Virus record (IMG/VR): IMGVR_UViG_2636415863_000002
Location: 19,803-83,802 of that record
Direction: 5' to 3' (one strand)
Source of the DNA: a virus
Lineage: Duplodnaviria; Caudoviricetes
Length of the DNA stretch: 64,000 bases
Below are positions 8,587 through 17,224 of this stretch, piece after piece. A program made the translations under genes and the position numbers. Every line of letters starts with the position of its first letter. Within the stretch, counting starts at the first letter, position 1. The notes below the pieces were generated by a model that ran no database searches, was not told the DNA's origin, and worked only from the letters and a program-made list of their open reading frames with translations.

Positions 8587-10026
8587 TCAGCCGTCCGCGG
8601 AAGCCGCCGAGAACTGCGGCACCGGTTCGCCACCACCTGGGCCGCCGTCCGATGGCGCGGGGGCGCCCGGGGCGGTCGGCGGCGCCGTCGACAGCGCGTG
8701 CAGGTCCGCGGCCGTCATCCGGGTCAGAGCCTCATCCTGCATCGCCCGCATCCGGATCCGCTGCTCAGCCGAGTAGCCCAGGTCCTCCCAAGCCTGCTCG
8801 GTCGGCAGGATGCCGGACGCGTGCAGCTTGGTGACCGCGTCCGCCTTCTGCGCATAGGTCGGGGTCGCAGCGTCCCGCCACGCCGTCTCCAGACTGCGGG
8901 CCTTCGGATCCAGGCTGCCGTCCCGGACCAGCAAGGCGAGACGCATCACCCGCTCCCACGCCTCCCCGAACGCCCGCTGGCGCCGCTCGGACCGCTTCAC
9001 CAGGCGAGCCTCCGACGCACGGATCGCGTCCGCGGACGGCGGCTGATCCGTGGCCAGGCCGAGGAAGGCCGGCGGAAGGCCCGTCAACGCGGCCACGAGC
9101 CGGGCAAGCTGGTTGATCGTCTCGTGGAAGTTGGTCAGCTGAGCCTCGGGGAACTGGCCGAACTTGACGCCGTCGCCCTCGTTCACCCACAAGCGGCCCG
9201 CCAACGACGACATCGCGCCGAGCGGCTGCCCCATCTCATCGGCGAAGTCGTCCCTGCTCATGCCGGTCGCCCACCGGCGCGGCATCGCGTGATACTCCGC
9301 ACTCACCATCATGTCCGTGGCGATCTTGCAGGCGGCATCCGACAGAGGGATCACCGCACGCAGCTCCGACGTGCCGTCCATGTGCCGCAACCGGGGCCGG
9401 TTCGCCAGCGTCACCACCAGCAACTGACCGAGACCATGCTCATCCCGGTCGACCTCGACCCACGCGCCCTTCTGCTTCTCGAACTGGTGGCGTGAGTCCG
9501 GCAGGTACAGCATCGCGTTCTGCACCGGCATCGACCCGGACGCGGCCGGCTCATCCCACCGCTTGATCGCGGCGATCTCCTGCCGCGTCCGCGGATCCCG
9601 CTCCGCATACGCCTCGAGCGCCGACTCCGCAGTGACGATCGGGATCTCCTCATCGGCGTCGTTCGCGCCGACGATCGCATACGACCGCCGCAGCGCCAGC
9701 GCATCCACGTGCGCCTGCTGCGACCCCTCGTCGAGGTTGTTCGCCTGCCAGATCTCCCACAGGTCATCCGCGGTCGTCTCGCTCTTGGCGTACCGAAAGC
9801 CCTCGATGTCCAGCCGCTCATCCAGCGCATCCACCACCAGCTGCGGCCAGTTGATGACGACCTGCCGCATCCGGTCGGACAGCTCGACCTGAATCTCCGG
9901 CGCCATGTACGACAGCGGCTGAATGCCCTCGTAGTAGGCGTCCATCAACTTCAGCTCGGGCAGCTCCTTGTCGTGCGCCTGCACGAGCCGCTTCAGCCAC
10001 TCCTCCGGGGACAGGTCCAAAGCCAC
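8587..10026 (-). CDS. Portal protein (SPP1 gp6-like)
   Basis: YYEG.QPL, NWPQLVVDALDERL, SADAIRASEARL motifs. Confidence 0.9.
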   Translation of the reverse strand: MALDLSPEEWLKRLVQAHDKELPELKLMDAYYEGIQPLSYMAPEIQVELSDRMRQVVINWPQLVVDALDERLDIEGFRYAKSETTADDLWEIWQANNLDEGSQQAHVDALALRRSYAIVGANDADEEIPIVTAESALEAYAERDPRTRQEIAAIKRWDEPAASGSMPVQNAMLYLPDSRHQFEKQKGAWVEVDRDEHGLGQLLVVTLANRPRLRHMDGTSELRAVIPLSDAACKIATDMMVSAEYHAMPRRWATGMSRDDFADEMGQPLGAMSSLAGRLWVNEGDGVKFGQFPEAQLTNFHETINQLARLVAALTGLPPAFLGLATDQPPSADAIRASEARLVKRSERRQRAFGEAWERVMRLALLVRDGSLDPKARSLETAWRDAATPTYAQKADAVTKLHASGILPTEQAWEDLGYSAEQRIRMRAMQDEALTRMTAADLHALSTAPPTAPGAPAPSDGGPGGGEPVPQFSAASADG

Positions 10027-10044
10027 AGCCCCACCCCCTTCAGG

Positions 10045-11679
10045 TCAACGCATGACGGTTGTCCGGCTCGACTTCTTCGGGCGGGCCATGCCTGCGGCAA
10101 TCGCGTCACCAGCGGCTTCATGGGCAAGTACGGACACCACCGTCAGGTCGATCTTCTGGTGGGGTGCTGCCTTGCGCAGCACGTACCGGCCAGCGGTTCG
10201 GGCCGCCTTCCGGGCATGCCCCACGTGAGCCGACGTGTCCTCACAGCCGTCATGCTCGAAGGCACTGCCAGCCTTCGTCACATCAGTCAGCAGCCGTTCA
10301 CAGGCGGCATACATCTGCACGACGCGCTGCGTGTACCAGCGGACCACCCGCTTCTCCCCGTACCGCTCCGCCCACGTGTCGACCTCGGTCTCCCAGTACG
10401 GCGGATCGCAGTACGCGCGCACCACGTGGTAGCGGTGCATCACCTCGTCCATAGCGGCGTCGACCTCGAGGCGCGGTGTTTGGCCGCCCCACTCGGCCGG
10501 GTCCCAGATCGTCGGCAGCTTCAGTGAGCTGTACACCGGCGTGAACTGGTAACCATCCAGCGTCTCGAGCCGGATGCCCGTCCAGTCGTCGATGTCGCTG
10601 CCGTCGAACCCGAGCGTCACGGGCGTCCCGTCCGGGACCTCCCGCGGAGCTGCTCGAAGATCCCAGCGGTCCCGGGCAAGCCATGTACCCGTACCCGCCG
10701 TGATCCGGTTGCCGAAGAACCGCTCGGCCTGCGCCTGGTCCCGTTCGATCAGCTCAGCAGCTTCGGCCTCGATGGCGTCGAGGTCGACCCACCAGGAGTC
10801 GCCATATACCGCCTTGTGAATCTTCCGGCGGTCCGCCTTCTTGGCGTAGTCCAGGTCAGCCGGAGCCCGCCGGAAGTCCCGGAAGATGTCCTGCACCTTC
10901 GCCTCGAACGTCCGCTGCGCCACGCTGTTCTCGCTGGGGTCCCAGCCGTTCGTCGTCTCCGTCGACCGGCCGCCCATGCCCGCCAGGCCACGCCGCTGCG
11001 TGTCCGCGACCCTCTGCATCTTGTTCTCGGTCGTCCAGATGCCGGATTCGTCCTGCGGCACGAAAGTGACGCGCTGACCGAGGCGGGACTGAGCCGACGA
11101 GGTCACCGTGTCGATGCGGCCCCCGCCCGGCAGGCGAATGAACTCCTCGCCCGTCTTCGGGATCAACTCGGCAAGCGGACCCTTGTCGATCATCGGACGG
11201 AGGGCACCATAGATGTTGTCGGTCTGCTCCTCCGAGAACGCCGTGATCTGGATCAGCGGCGTCGGCCACGGCATGCCCATCGGCTCGCCCGGCTCGTACT
11301 CGTACAGCCAGCCGCAGCCACAGCCGTGATCCCGGCAGTCGTACAGCTCGCCACCGGACGCCCACCCGGCGAACACCGCCGGGCCGACACCCTCGACACA
11401 GACCTGCGACGCGGTCAGCGGACCCTTGCCCCACTTCTGCGGACGCACCAACTGGCTGCGCCGGTAGTGGAACGCCGAAGCAGGCGACAGCATCGACCGC
11501 TCCCGCGTCGCACCGGGCTTCACCCGGTAGTGGTTCAGGTAGAACCACAGCATCTCGTCGGTGAGGACATACGGCTCGCCAACGGAGAAGCCGTCCGGGA
11601 TCACGCAGTGCGCCTCAACCCAGTCCGCGATCAGGAAGCCGAGCGTGGGCCACTGGACTACCCGATCATCCCCCGTCAC
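10045..11679 (-). CDS. terL: Terminase large subunit
   Basis: RPQKWGKGP Walker A variant, QDESG Walker B, LGFDGS nuclease motif, KID. Confidence 0.9.
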   Translation of the reverse strand: MTGDDRVVQWPTLGFLIADWVEAHCVIPDGFSVGEPYVLTDEMLWFYLNHYRVKPGATRERSMLSPASAFHYRRSQLVRPQKWGKGPLTASQVCVEGVGPAVFAGWASGGELYDCRDHGCGCGWLYEYEPGEPMGMPWPTPLIQITAFSEEQTDNIYGALRPMIDKGPLAELIPKTGEEFIRLPGGGRIDTVTSSAQSRLGQRVTFVPQDESGIWTTENKMQRVADTQRRGLAGMGGRSTETTNGWDPSENSVAQRTFEAKVQDIFRDFRRAPADLDYAKKADRRKIHKAVYGDSWWVDLDAIEAEAAELIERDQAQAERFFGNRITAGTGTWLARDRWDLRAAPREVPDGTPVTLGFDGSDIDDWTGIRLETLDGYQFTPVYSSLKLPTIWDPAEWGGQTPRLEVDAAMDEVMHRYHVVRAYCDPPYWETEVDTWAERYGEKRVVRWYTQRVVQMYAACERLLTDVTKAGSAFEHDGCEDTSAHVGHARKAARTAGRYVLRKAAPHQKIDLTVVSVLAHEAAGDAIAAGMARPKKSSRTTVMR

Positions 11680-12133
11680 CGGGAACGACCTTGAACCGAT
11701 CCCGGGCCGTGCGCCGCTTCACCGGCTGCTTCCCGGAACCCTCGCGCCGCTCCGCGACCTCGTCGGCCGCAATCCGCCACCGGTTCGCCCGCATCCCCGG
11801 CGTCGTCAACCCCAGCGAGTCGGCCATCTGCCGAACCAGGGTCGACAGATTCACCCGCGACTCCATCGCCTCAGCCTCAGCGAAGCGGCGCACGTACAGC
11901 GCCACCTCGTACTCCTGGCCGTACCGCTCCCACATGATCGCTTGCGGCTTTCGCCACAGCGACGCCCACAACTCGTGCTCGCGGATCGTCTGCTCCGTCA
12001 ACGGCCACTCGGGCATTGCGCCCTGGCGGCCCTCCGCGGGCAGGATCGTCCACTCGCCAGCGTCCCGGTCACGCCGCAGCGCGCTCGGGTCGGGGGCCGG
12101 GCCGGAGCGCGCTCGTGCTCCACCACTCGCCAT
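11666..12133 (-). CDS. terS: Terminase small subunit
   Basis: GGARARSGPAPDP start, W..LW..PQA..W, LGLTTPGMRANRW; overlaps terL. Confidence 0.8.
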   Translation of the reverse strand: MASGGARARSGPAPDPSALRRDRDAGEWTILPAEGRQGAMPEWPLTEQTIREHELWASLWRKPQAIMWERYGQEYEVALYVRRFAEAEAMESRVNLSTLVRQMADSLGLTTPGMRANRWRIAADEVAERREGSGKQPVKRRTARDRFKVVPGDGG

Positions 12134-12460
12134 CTCGGTACTCCTCGAGTCGCGCCGTTGCGGCGCTCATCCCGACCGGCATTGCGCACGATCGGCCGTA
12201 CATGACGAAACCCCCGACGGGCGGGGGCTCCGAGGTACTACAGACGACGGCGTGGGCATGCCACCCTTCCCGATGCACGCCCACGCCGCCGCCGGTTCTT
12301 GGGGATCGGGACGGCGGTACGGGCAGGTTGCCGTCTCCTGCCGCCTACTTGGGTATTCCCGATCGCGCCAGGGCGATCCCACAGGACGTCACCGTCTGTG
12401 GTTATGGATCGAGGACTTTTTGGATCATGAAAAATTAGAACTTGACGGACCAGGGCTAGC

Positions 12461-12471
12461 TCTCCCCGGCG
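12461..12471 (-). other. Candidate cos site (CGCCGGGGAGA)
   Basis: In the HNH-terS intergenic region beside an AT-rich patch; resembles actinophage 3' overhang cos sequences (inference only). Confidence 0.3.
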
Positions 12472-12515
12472 GTCCGACCTTGATCGCCCCGACGGGTCCC
12501 TCCCCTGGGGTACGG

Positions 12516-12908
12516 TCACCCTCCGTCGCGATGCCAGCCGCCAGGCTGTTCGCCGGCCGTCGACCGGCTGTGGCACGACGTGCAGAGTCCCCGGCCGTGC
12601 CGCGGGTCGTCAGGGTCCTCGCCTCGCTCGACCAGCTCCCGCCGACTGAGGGGGTGGTGGTCAGCGTGTACCGACGGCCGACCGCAGGGCCTGCCGTGGG
12701 CATGGCCCTCGTCGACGCAGACGCAGACCGGGTCACGAGCCAGCACAGCGGGACGGAAGCGCTGCTCGTGCTGTCGTCCATAGCCTCGCTGCCGTGCTGT
12801 GCCACGCCTCTGCTCTGCCTGTCGCCTGTGCTGCTCACACCGTCCGCCTTGCGTGTACTCGGGACAGCCAGGCACCGAGCAGATCCGGTAACCACCGCGC
12901 CCACTCAT
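12516..12908 (-). CDS. Packaging-associated HNH endonuclease
   Basis: CSVPGCP, RQRGYG, VLARDPVC, ADH, LCTSCHSR; upstream of terS. Confidence 0.85.
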   Translation of the reverse strand: MSGRGGYRICSVPGCPEYTQGGRCEQHRRQAEQRRGTARQRGYGRQHEQRFRPAVLARDPVCVCVDEGHAHGRPCGRPSVHADHHPLSRRELVERGEDPDDPRHGRGLCTSCHSRSTAGEQPGGWHRDGG

Positions 12909-13204
12909 GTGATGCCGAGGTAGCCGGACAGGCGGACGATGTTCTCGCTGCCGGCCGGATCGACGGACACCCAGACGTGGTAGTCGCCTGGTGTGAGGGT
13001 GAGTGCTCCGCCGTCCGGTCCGATGAGGAGGCGGGCTTCGGTGGGACTGGCCCAGTCGCCGATGTGCCAGTCGACCGTGCTGGGGTTGTTGCGGTTGGAC
13101 ATCGACAGGATGGCGATCCTCGGTGTGGTGGCGGTGAGGTCGACGCCTGCCGGGGCGGTCACCGTGATGTGCAGGTATTCGGTGCTGCTGGCTGGGATCA
13201 CCAC
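12905..13204 (-). CDS. Hypothetical beta-rich virion protein
   Basis: GTG overlaps the upstream stop; ARLLIGP...L.PGDY.VWV motif. Confidence 0.55.
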   Translation of the reverse strand: MVIPASSTEYLHITVTAPAGVDLTATTPRIAILSMSNRNNPSTVDWHIGDWASPTEARLLIGPDGGALTLTPGDYHVWVSVDPAGSENIVRLSGYLGIT

Positions 13205-14400
13205 GGGGCGGCCACCTCCCAGCTTGTCTGCTGTGGTGCGCCAGCCGTCCACGTTTCGGCCTGGGGTTCGCCTGCGACCCATGGGCTGTAGGGCGCGCCG
13301 ACGGTGATGTCGATGTCGTCGCGGGTGCTGTGCGTTGTCCCGCTGGCCGTGAGCGTCGCCGTGGCGGTGAGCGCGGCGTTGCCGGTGCTTGTTGTGGTTC
13401 CTGCTGCTGCGAGTGCTGCGGCAGCGTTGAGGCCGGTGCCTGAGGCTGTCGCGCGGACGCCGGCCGCTGTGAGGGTGCCCGTCGTGTTCAGGGTGGCGTC
13501 TCCGAGTATGGGCGGTACGCCGGTCACTCCGTCGGCCGTGAGGGTGGCCATGGACGTCAAGGATGCGTCGCTGCTGTGGGCGATCTGTCCTTGTGAGGTC
13601 AGGTCTGCTGTGGTGGCGAGGCCCGCGACGGCTTGGGTTGCGCGTGTTCCGTCCGCGGCGAGGGTTGCGGTGGGGGCGAGGTTCGCCGTCCCGGTTGTGG
13701 CTCGGGTGCCGTCTGCGGTGAGGCTGGACGTGATCGTGAGTGCCGTGCCGCCTGTGGTGGCGTGCAGTCCTGTTGCGGTCAGGGATGCGGTCGCGGTGAC
13801 CGCAGCGTCGCTGGCGGCGGCTCGTAGGCCCGACGCGGACAGTGTTGCCGTGCTGGACAGTGCCGCGTCGCCGGTGGCGCCGGTGGTGACATCCGCCCCG
13901 GTGAAGTCATCGAATCTGAGCGAGCTGGTGGATTCGGCGCGGATTCCGACGCTGGTGCCGGTGGTGACGGCGGTGTCAGTGACGCTGACGCGCTGGATGC
14001 CGTTGACGTATCCCTTGATGGTGCTACCGACCGCCTGGATTTTCGCGACGTCACCAGCGACGGCGGCTGCGGCGAAGGAACCGATGGAGGTAAAGCTGCC
14101 ACCGACGACGGAGAAGAGGTTCCACGACGTGCCGTCGTTGCGCCACAGGTAGCCCGAGGTGAAGGTGGAGTTGCCGCGGCACCATATGCCGTGGCTGACG
14201 GCTGCGGTGGCGGCGATGGTGACCTGCGCTGAGTTGTCGTTGGTGGCCATGGCGCCGGCGGCGCGAAGGATGACCGTGCCACCCGCTGATCCGGATGAGA
14301 GCTGGTTGGAGATGATCGACCAGTCGCCGGACACCTCAACCCAGTTGGCGCCGAGGTTGGTGGAATCGGAGCGGTTGAAGTTGTCGGTGAAGGTCGTCAC
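13198..14400 (-). CDS. Putative virion fibre/appendage protein (lectin-like N-domain plus Ala/Thr repeats)
   Basis: FTDNFNRSDS...LG.NW start, beta-sandwich-like region, then repeated A.L..TATL.A.G units. Confidence 0.6.
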   Translation of the reverse strand: MTTFTDNFNRSDSTNLGANWVEVSGDWSIISNQLSSGSAGGTVILRAAGAMATNDNSAQVTIAATAAVSHGIWCRGNSTFTSGYLWRNDGTSWNLFSVVGGSFTSIGSFAAAAVAGDVAKIQAVGSTIKGYVNGIQRVSVTDTAVTTGTSVGIRAESTSSLRFDDFTGADVTTGATGDAALSSTATLSASGLRAAASDAAVTATASLTATGLHATTGGTALTITSSLTADGTRATTGTANLAPTATLAADGTRATQAVAGLATTADLTSQGQIAHSSDASLTSMATLTADGVTGVPPILGDATLNTTGTLTAAGVRATASGTGLNAAAALAAAGTTTSTGNAALTATATLTASGTTHSTRDDIDITVGAPYSPWVAGEPQAETWTAGAPQQTSWEVAAPW

Positions 14401-14445
14401 GGCGGCCTCCCCGTCAGCGCGTCACGCCACCTGCGAGCTACGCGA

Positions 14446-14853
14446 TCATGCAGATTGGGGGGCCACGCTTGCACCCAAGGACGCCAATGTGAACGTGTCG
14501 GCTGAGGCCCACGCCTTACTGGCTGTCAGTGCCACCGAGAACAGGAACGTCCCGGCGGAGGAGGCCGTCCACACCGAGATGTGGGTGAGCGTCTCCGACG
14601 TGCCGCCGTTCGTCCACGCCGACGGCGCTGTACTCAGCGACAGAGACGAGCCCGACGAAGAGCTGGAGAAGACGAAGCTGTTGCGGGTGGTCGAGCCGAC
14701 GCTGATGTTGGCGGTGCCGGCGGCGCCGGGGTCCCCGGTGTGCAGCTGCACGAAGGCGCCCGCGACTGCGCTGTATGCAGCGCCGCCGTTGCCGGTGGTG
14801 CGGAGCGTGTTGAGCCAGCCGGAGACGAGGCCGGGGGCGAGTCCTGCGGTCAT
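14446..14853 (-). CDS. Putative virion structural protein (fibre-associated)
   Basis: FVQLHTGDPG.AGT.N...THISVWTASSAGTFL motif. Confidence 0.6.
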   Translation of the reverse strand: MTAGLAPGLVSGWLNTLRTTGNGGAAYSAVAGAFVQLHTGDPGAAGTANISVGSTTRNSFVFSSSSSGSSLSLSTAPSAWTNGGTSETLTHISVWTASSAGTFLFSVALTASKAWASADTFTLASLGASVAPQSA

Positions 14854-14966
14854 TGCTCGGGCTCCTCGGTCTCGGTCTCGGGCTGGGTTTCGGCGGCGTC
14901 GTTGTCGGGTTGGGCGGGGGTGACTTCGCCGGAGGCTTCCAGTCGCAGCACGTATTCGTCGGCCAT
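14850..14966 (-). CDS. Small acidic hypothetical protein
   Basis: MADEYVLRLEASGEVTPA...; stop overlaps next start. Confidence 0.45.
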   Translation of the reverse strand: MADEYVLRLEASGEVTPAQPDNDAAETQPETETEEPEQ

Positions 14967-15062
14967 GGCGGTCCGTTCGGTCGGGTGTCGTGGAGTGCGC
15001 GGCGTGTCACGATCCGGCGGTGGCCGTGTACGCGGCGTTGGGGCGCTGGGATGATGCCGCGC

Positions 15063-15545
15063 ATGTCTGAGATGACCGATGCCGCCGCCGTGTCCCTCAC
15101 TCCCGCTCCTACGAAGCGTTGGCTGCACCCGCTGATAACCGGTGTTGTCGGCCTGGTCGTTGGTGCGGGTGCTGTGGGCCTGGCGTGGGGCCTGTCCGGC
15201 AGCGGGTCGAGTGCGCCTGCGACGTTCACACTGCGCGGCACGATGATGCTGACCGGCGACCATGTGCCGTCCGGGGCGACGAGCGAGGACTGCACGGGCT
15301 ACAGCGGCTACGACGACATCGCCAAGGGGGCCGGGGTGACGGTGTACGACTCGGCGGGCAAGGTTGTGGCGACGGGTGCGCTCGGCACGGGGAAGCCGGA
15401 TTCGGGGGCGTGTGTGTTCGTCGCCGAGGTGCCGGGCGTGCCGGAGGGCTCACGCTTCTATCAGGTCGAGGTCAGCCATCGCGGGAAGGTCACCGTGTCG
15501 GCGGCGGAGGCGAAGGGCGGGAAGTTCGCTGCCTCGTTGGGCTGA
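15063..15545 (+). CDS. Membrane-anchored extracellular protein (moron-like)
   Basis: N-terminal TM helix, two Cys, GYDDI..G..VTVYD..G motif; opposite strand to late genes. Confidence 0.65.
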   Translation: MSEMTDAAAVSLTPAPTKRWLHPLITGVVGLVVGAGAVGLAWGLSGSGSSAPATFTLRGTMMLTGDHVPSGATSEDCTGYSGYDDIAKGAGVTVYDSAGKVVATGALGTGKPDSGACVFVAEVPGVPEGSRFYQVEVSHRGKVTVSAAEAKGGKFAASLG

Positions 15546-15645
15546 TGGTCAGCGGCTGTTGCGCTGCCTTCGGCCGCGAGCTGCTGGGCAGCCTCCCGCG
15601 CGCTGGCGGGTGCGGTGGCGTGCTGAGTCACGGGTCTCCGTCCGC

Positions 15646-15798
15646 TCAATGCGCTTGGAGGGTGTGGACGGTGGTGGGGAGGAGCCAGAGGGCGAGCCCG
15701 GCGTAGGCGAGTCTGTCGCGGTGCGGCACGTTTGCCGGGAGTACGGCGGCGAGCGCTAGGAGAGCGAAGCCGATCGTGTAGCAGAAGACGTTCAGCAT
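15646..15798 (-). CDS. Small two-TM membrane protein
   Basis: MLNVFCYTIGFALLALAAVL...; RBS-like GGAG upstream. Confidence 0.5.
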   Translation of the reverse strand: MLNVFCYTIGFALLALAAVLPANVPHRDRLAYAGLALWLLPTTVHTLQAH

Positions 15799-16038
15799 GG
15801 CTGTCAGCTCCGTTCGGGCAGGGTGCGGGCGACGGCACATCGACGAGGCCCGCTGCCCGGCCGCGGTCCCTCGGGCAGCGGGGGTTTTGGGTCCGCCCGA
15901 CCGCGGCCAGGCGGTCGGGCGGACCGGGGTGCCGAGCGCGGGGGTGCGCTTCAAGGCCCCTGCCTGCCCCACACGGCAGGCGTTGTTCCTCGCGGGCGCG
16001 GGAGCTGCCGCCACAGGGCTCGACCGTCCCGCGAGGGG

Positions 16039-16281
16039 TCAGGCGGCGCGTAGTCCGCGCTGCGGTGTGGCCCGGTAGGTGCGGGCCAGCGCTTCGATCT
16101 CGGGGAGCGCGTACATGGTCTTGTATTCGTGGCCGTTGCCGGTGAGCCGGTTCTCGCCGGAGAAGCGGCGGATCTTCCCGCGGGACGCCCACTGGCGGAT
16201 CACCTGCTGCGGAACGCCGGTTGCCGCTGTGGCTTCGTGACCGAAGACCAAGTCTTCGGGCTGGATCTCTACGAGACGCAC
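16039..16281 (-). CDS. MerR-like HTH DNA-binding protein
   Basis: EATAATGVPQQVIRQWASRGKI...Y.L.EI; GGAGG RBS. Confidence 0.65.
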   Translation of the reverse strand: MRLVEIQPEDLVFGHEATAATGVPQQVIRQWASRGKIRRFSGENRLTGNGHEYKTMYALPEIEALARTYRATPQRGLRAA

Positions 16282-16420
16282 GCGGCACCTCCGGATCTGG
16301 AATGCAGAAAGCCCCCGACGAATCGGAGGCTTCCTCAAGGTTGCGGGCACACGGGTGCTTCGTTTGAAGCAGTGTGACATTCAACTACCCGTCCCGCAAG
16401 CGCCGCCGGGAATTCGGCAA

Positions 16421-17077
16421 TCAGGCCGCCATGTCCCGCTCAGCAAGGGGCAGTTCCAGCGCATCGGTCCGGGTGTATTGAGTGTTGCAGTTGATGCATC
16501 GCGTGCCGGGTGTAGAGATCGTGATGCGCATTGTCCCGCCGCATGGGCAGGCGACAGTGACGCGCCGCTCGGGCTTCTCTCCGGTGACCTGGCGTCGGCA
16601 GGATCGGGTGAGTGTTGCGACCTCGGTGGCGAATTCTGCGAAGGCTGGGTGTTCGGTGGCTGCCCATTCCAAATTATTGCGGAGCGCCTTCACGACCTGG
16701 TCAAGCTGCTGCTGCAGGCCGCCTTGCCACCGCGGATGGTTCCAGCCGAGGCGCTCGTGCCAGTCCGTCAGCCAGGTCTGTAGGACGGTGACGACGCCTC
16801 CGCGGGCGGAGAGGCTGAGCGGTTCGAGGCGGAGCGGGAGCGGTGCGGTGCGGGCGCCTCCGGAAACGCGGGCTTCCCCACTGCTGGCACCGGGCCTGAG
16901 GGCGAGGGCGAGGGAGGCGTACAGTCCGCGGGGCCCGGCGAGCGCTTCGAGGTACTCGCCGGCGCGGCTCTGGCACAGGCGGCATGCCTGCCGGCCGAGT
17001 TCGGTGTCCCACAGGTTCCGGCCGCACGCGGTGCAGGTCGGCCATTGGTAGCTGTCGTTGCTGGCGGCGTTGTTCAC
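16421..17077 (-). CDS. Zn-finger phage protein (possible late regulator)
   Basis: CxxC pairs at both ends; position at the start of the late region. Confidence 0.55.
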   Translation of the reverse strand: MNNAASNDSYQWPTCTACGRNLWDTELGRQACRLCQSRAGEYLEALAGPRGLYASLALALRPGASSGEARVSGGARTAPLPLRLEPLSLSARGGVVTVLQTWLTDWHERLGWNHPRWQGGLQQQLDQVVKALRNNLEWAATEHPAFAEFATEVATLTRSCRRQVTGEKPERRVTVACPCGGTMRITISTPGTRCINCNTQYTRTDALELPLAERDMAA

Positions 17078-17224
17078 GGTGAGGCTCCTCGGCGGCGCGT
17101 GGGACTGAGGGGCGGCGTTATACACAGTGTGCACGCCTGCCCCGACAATCCCGGGCGCCTGGGAGGGTGCCGTGAGGTATGACGGCTCCTTGGCCGGTAC
17201 CTATCTCTCTGAGCCCTGTCCGGC

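Noticed and set aside
15646-15798. Holin
   Set aside because: Two TM helices fit, but no endolysin is adjacent; the lysis cassette probably lies outside the window
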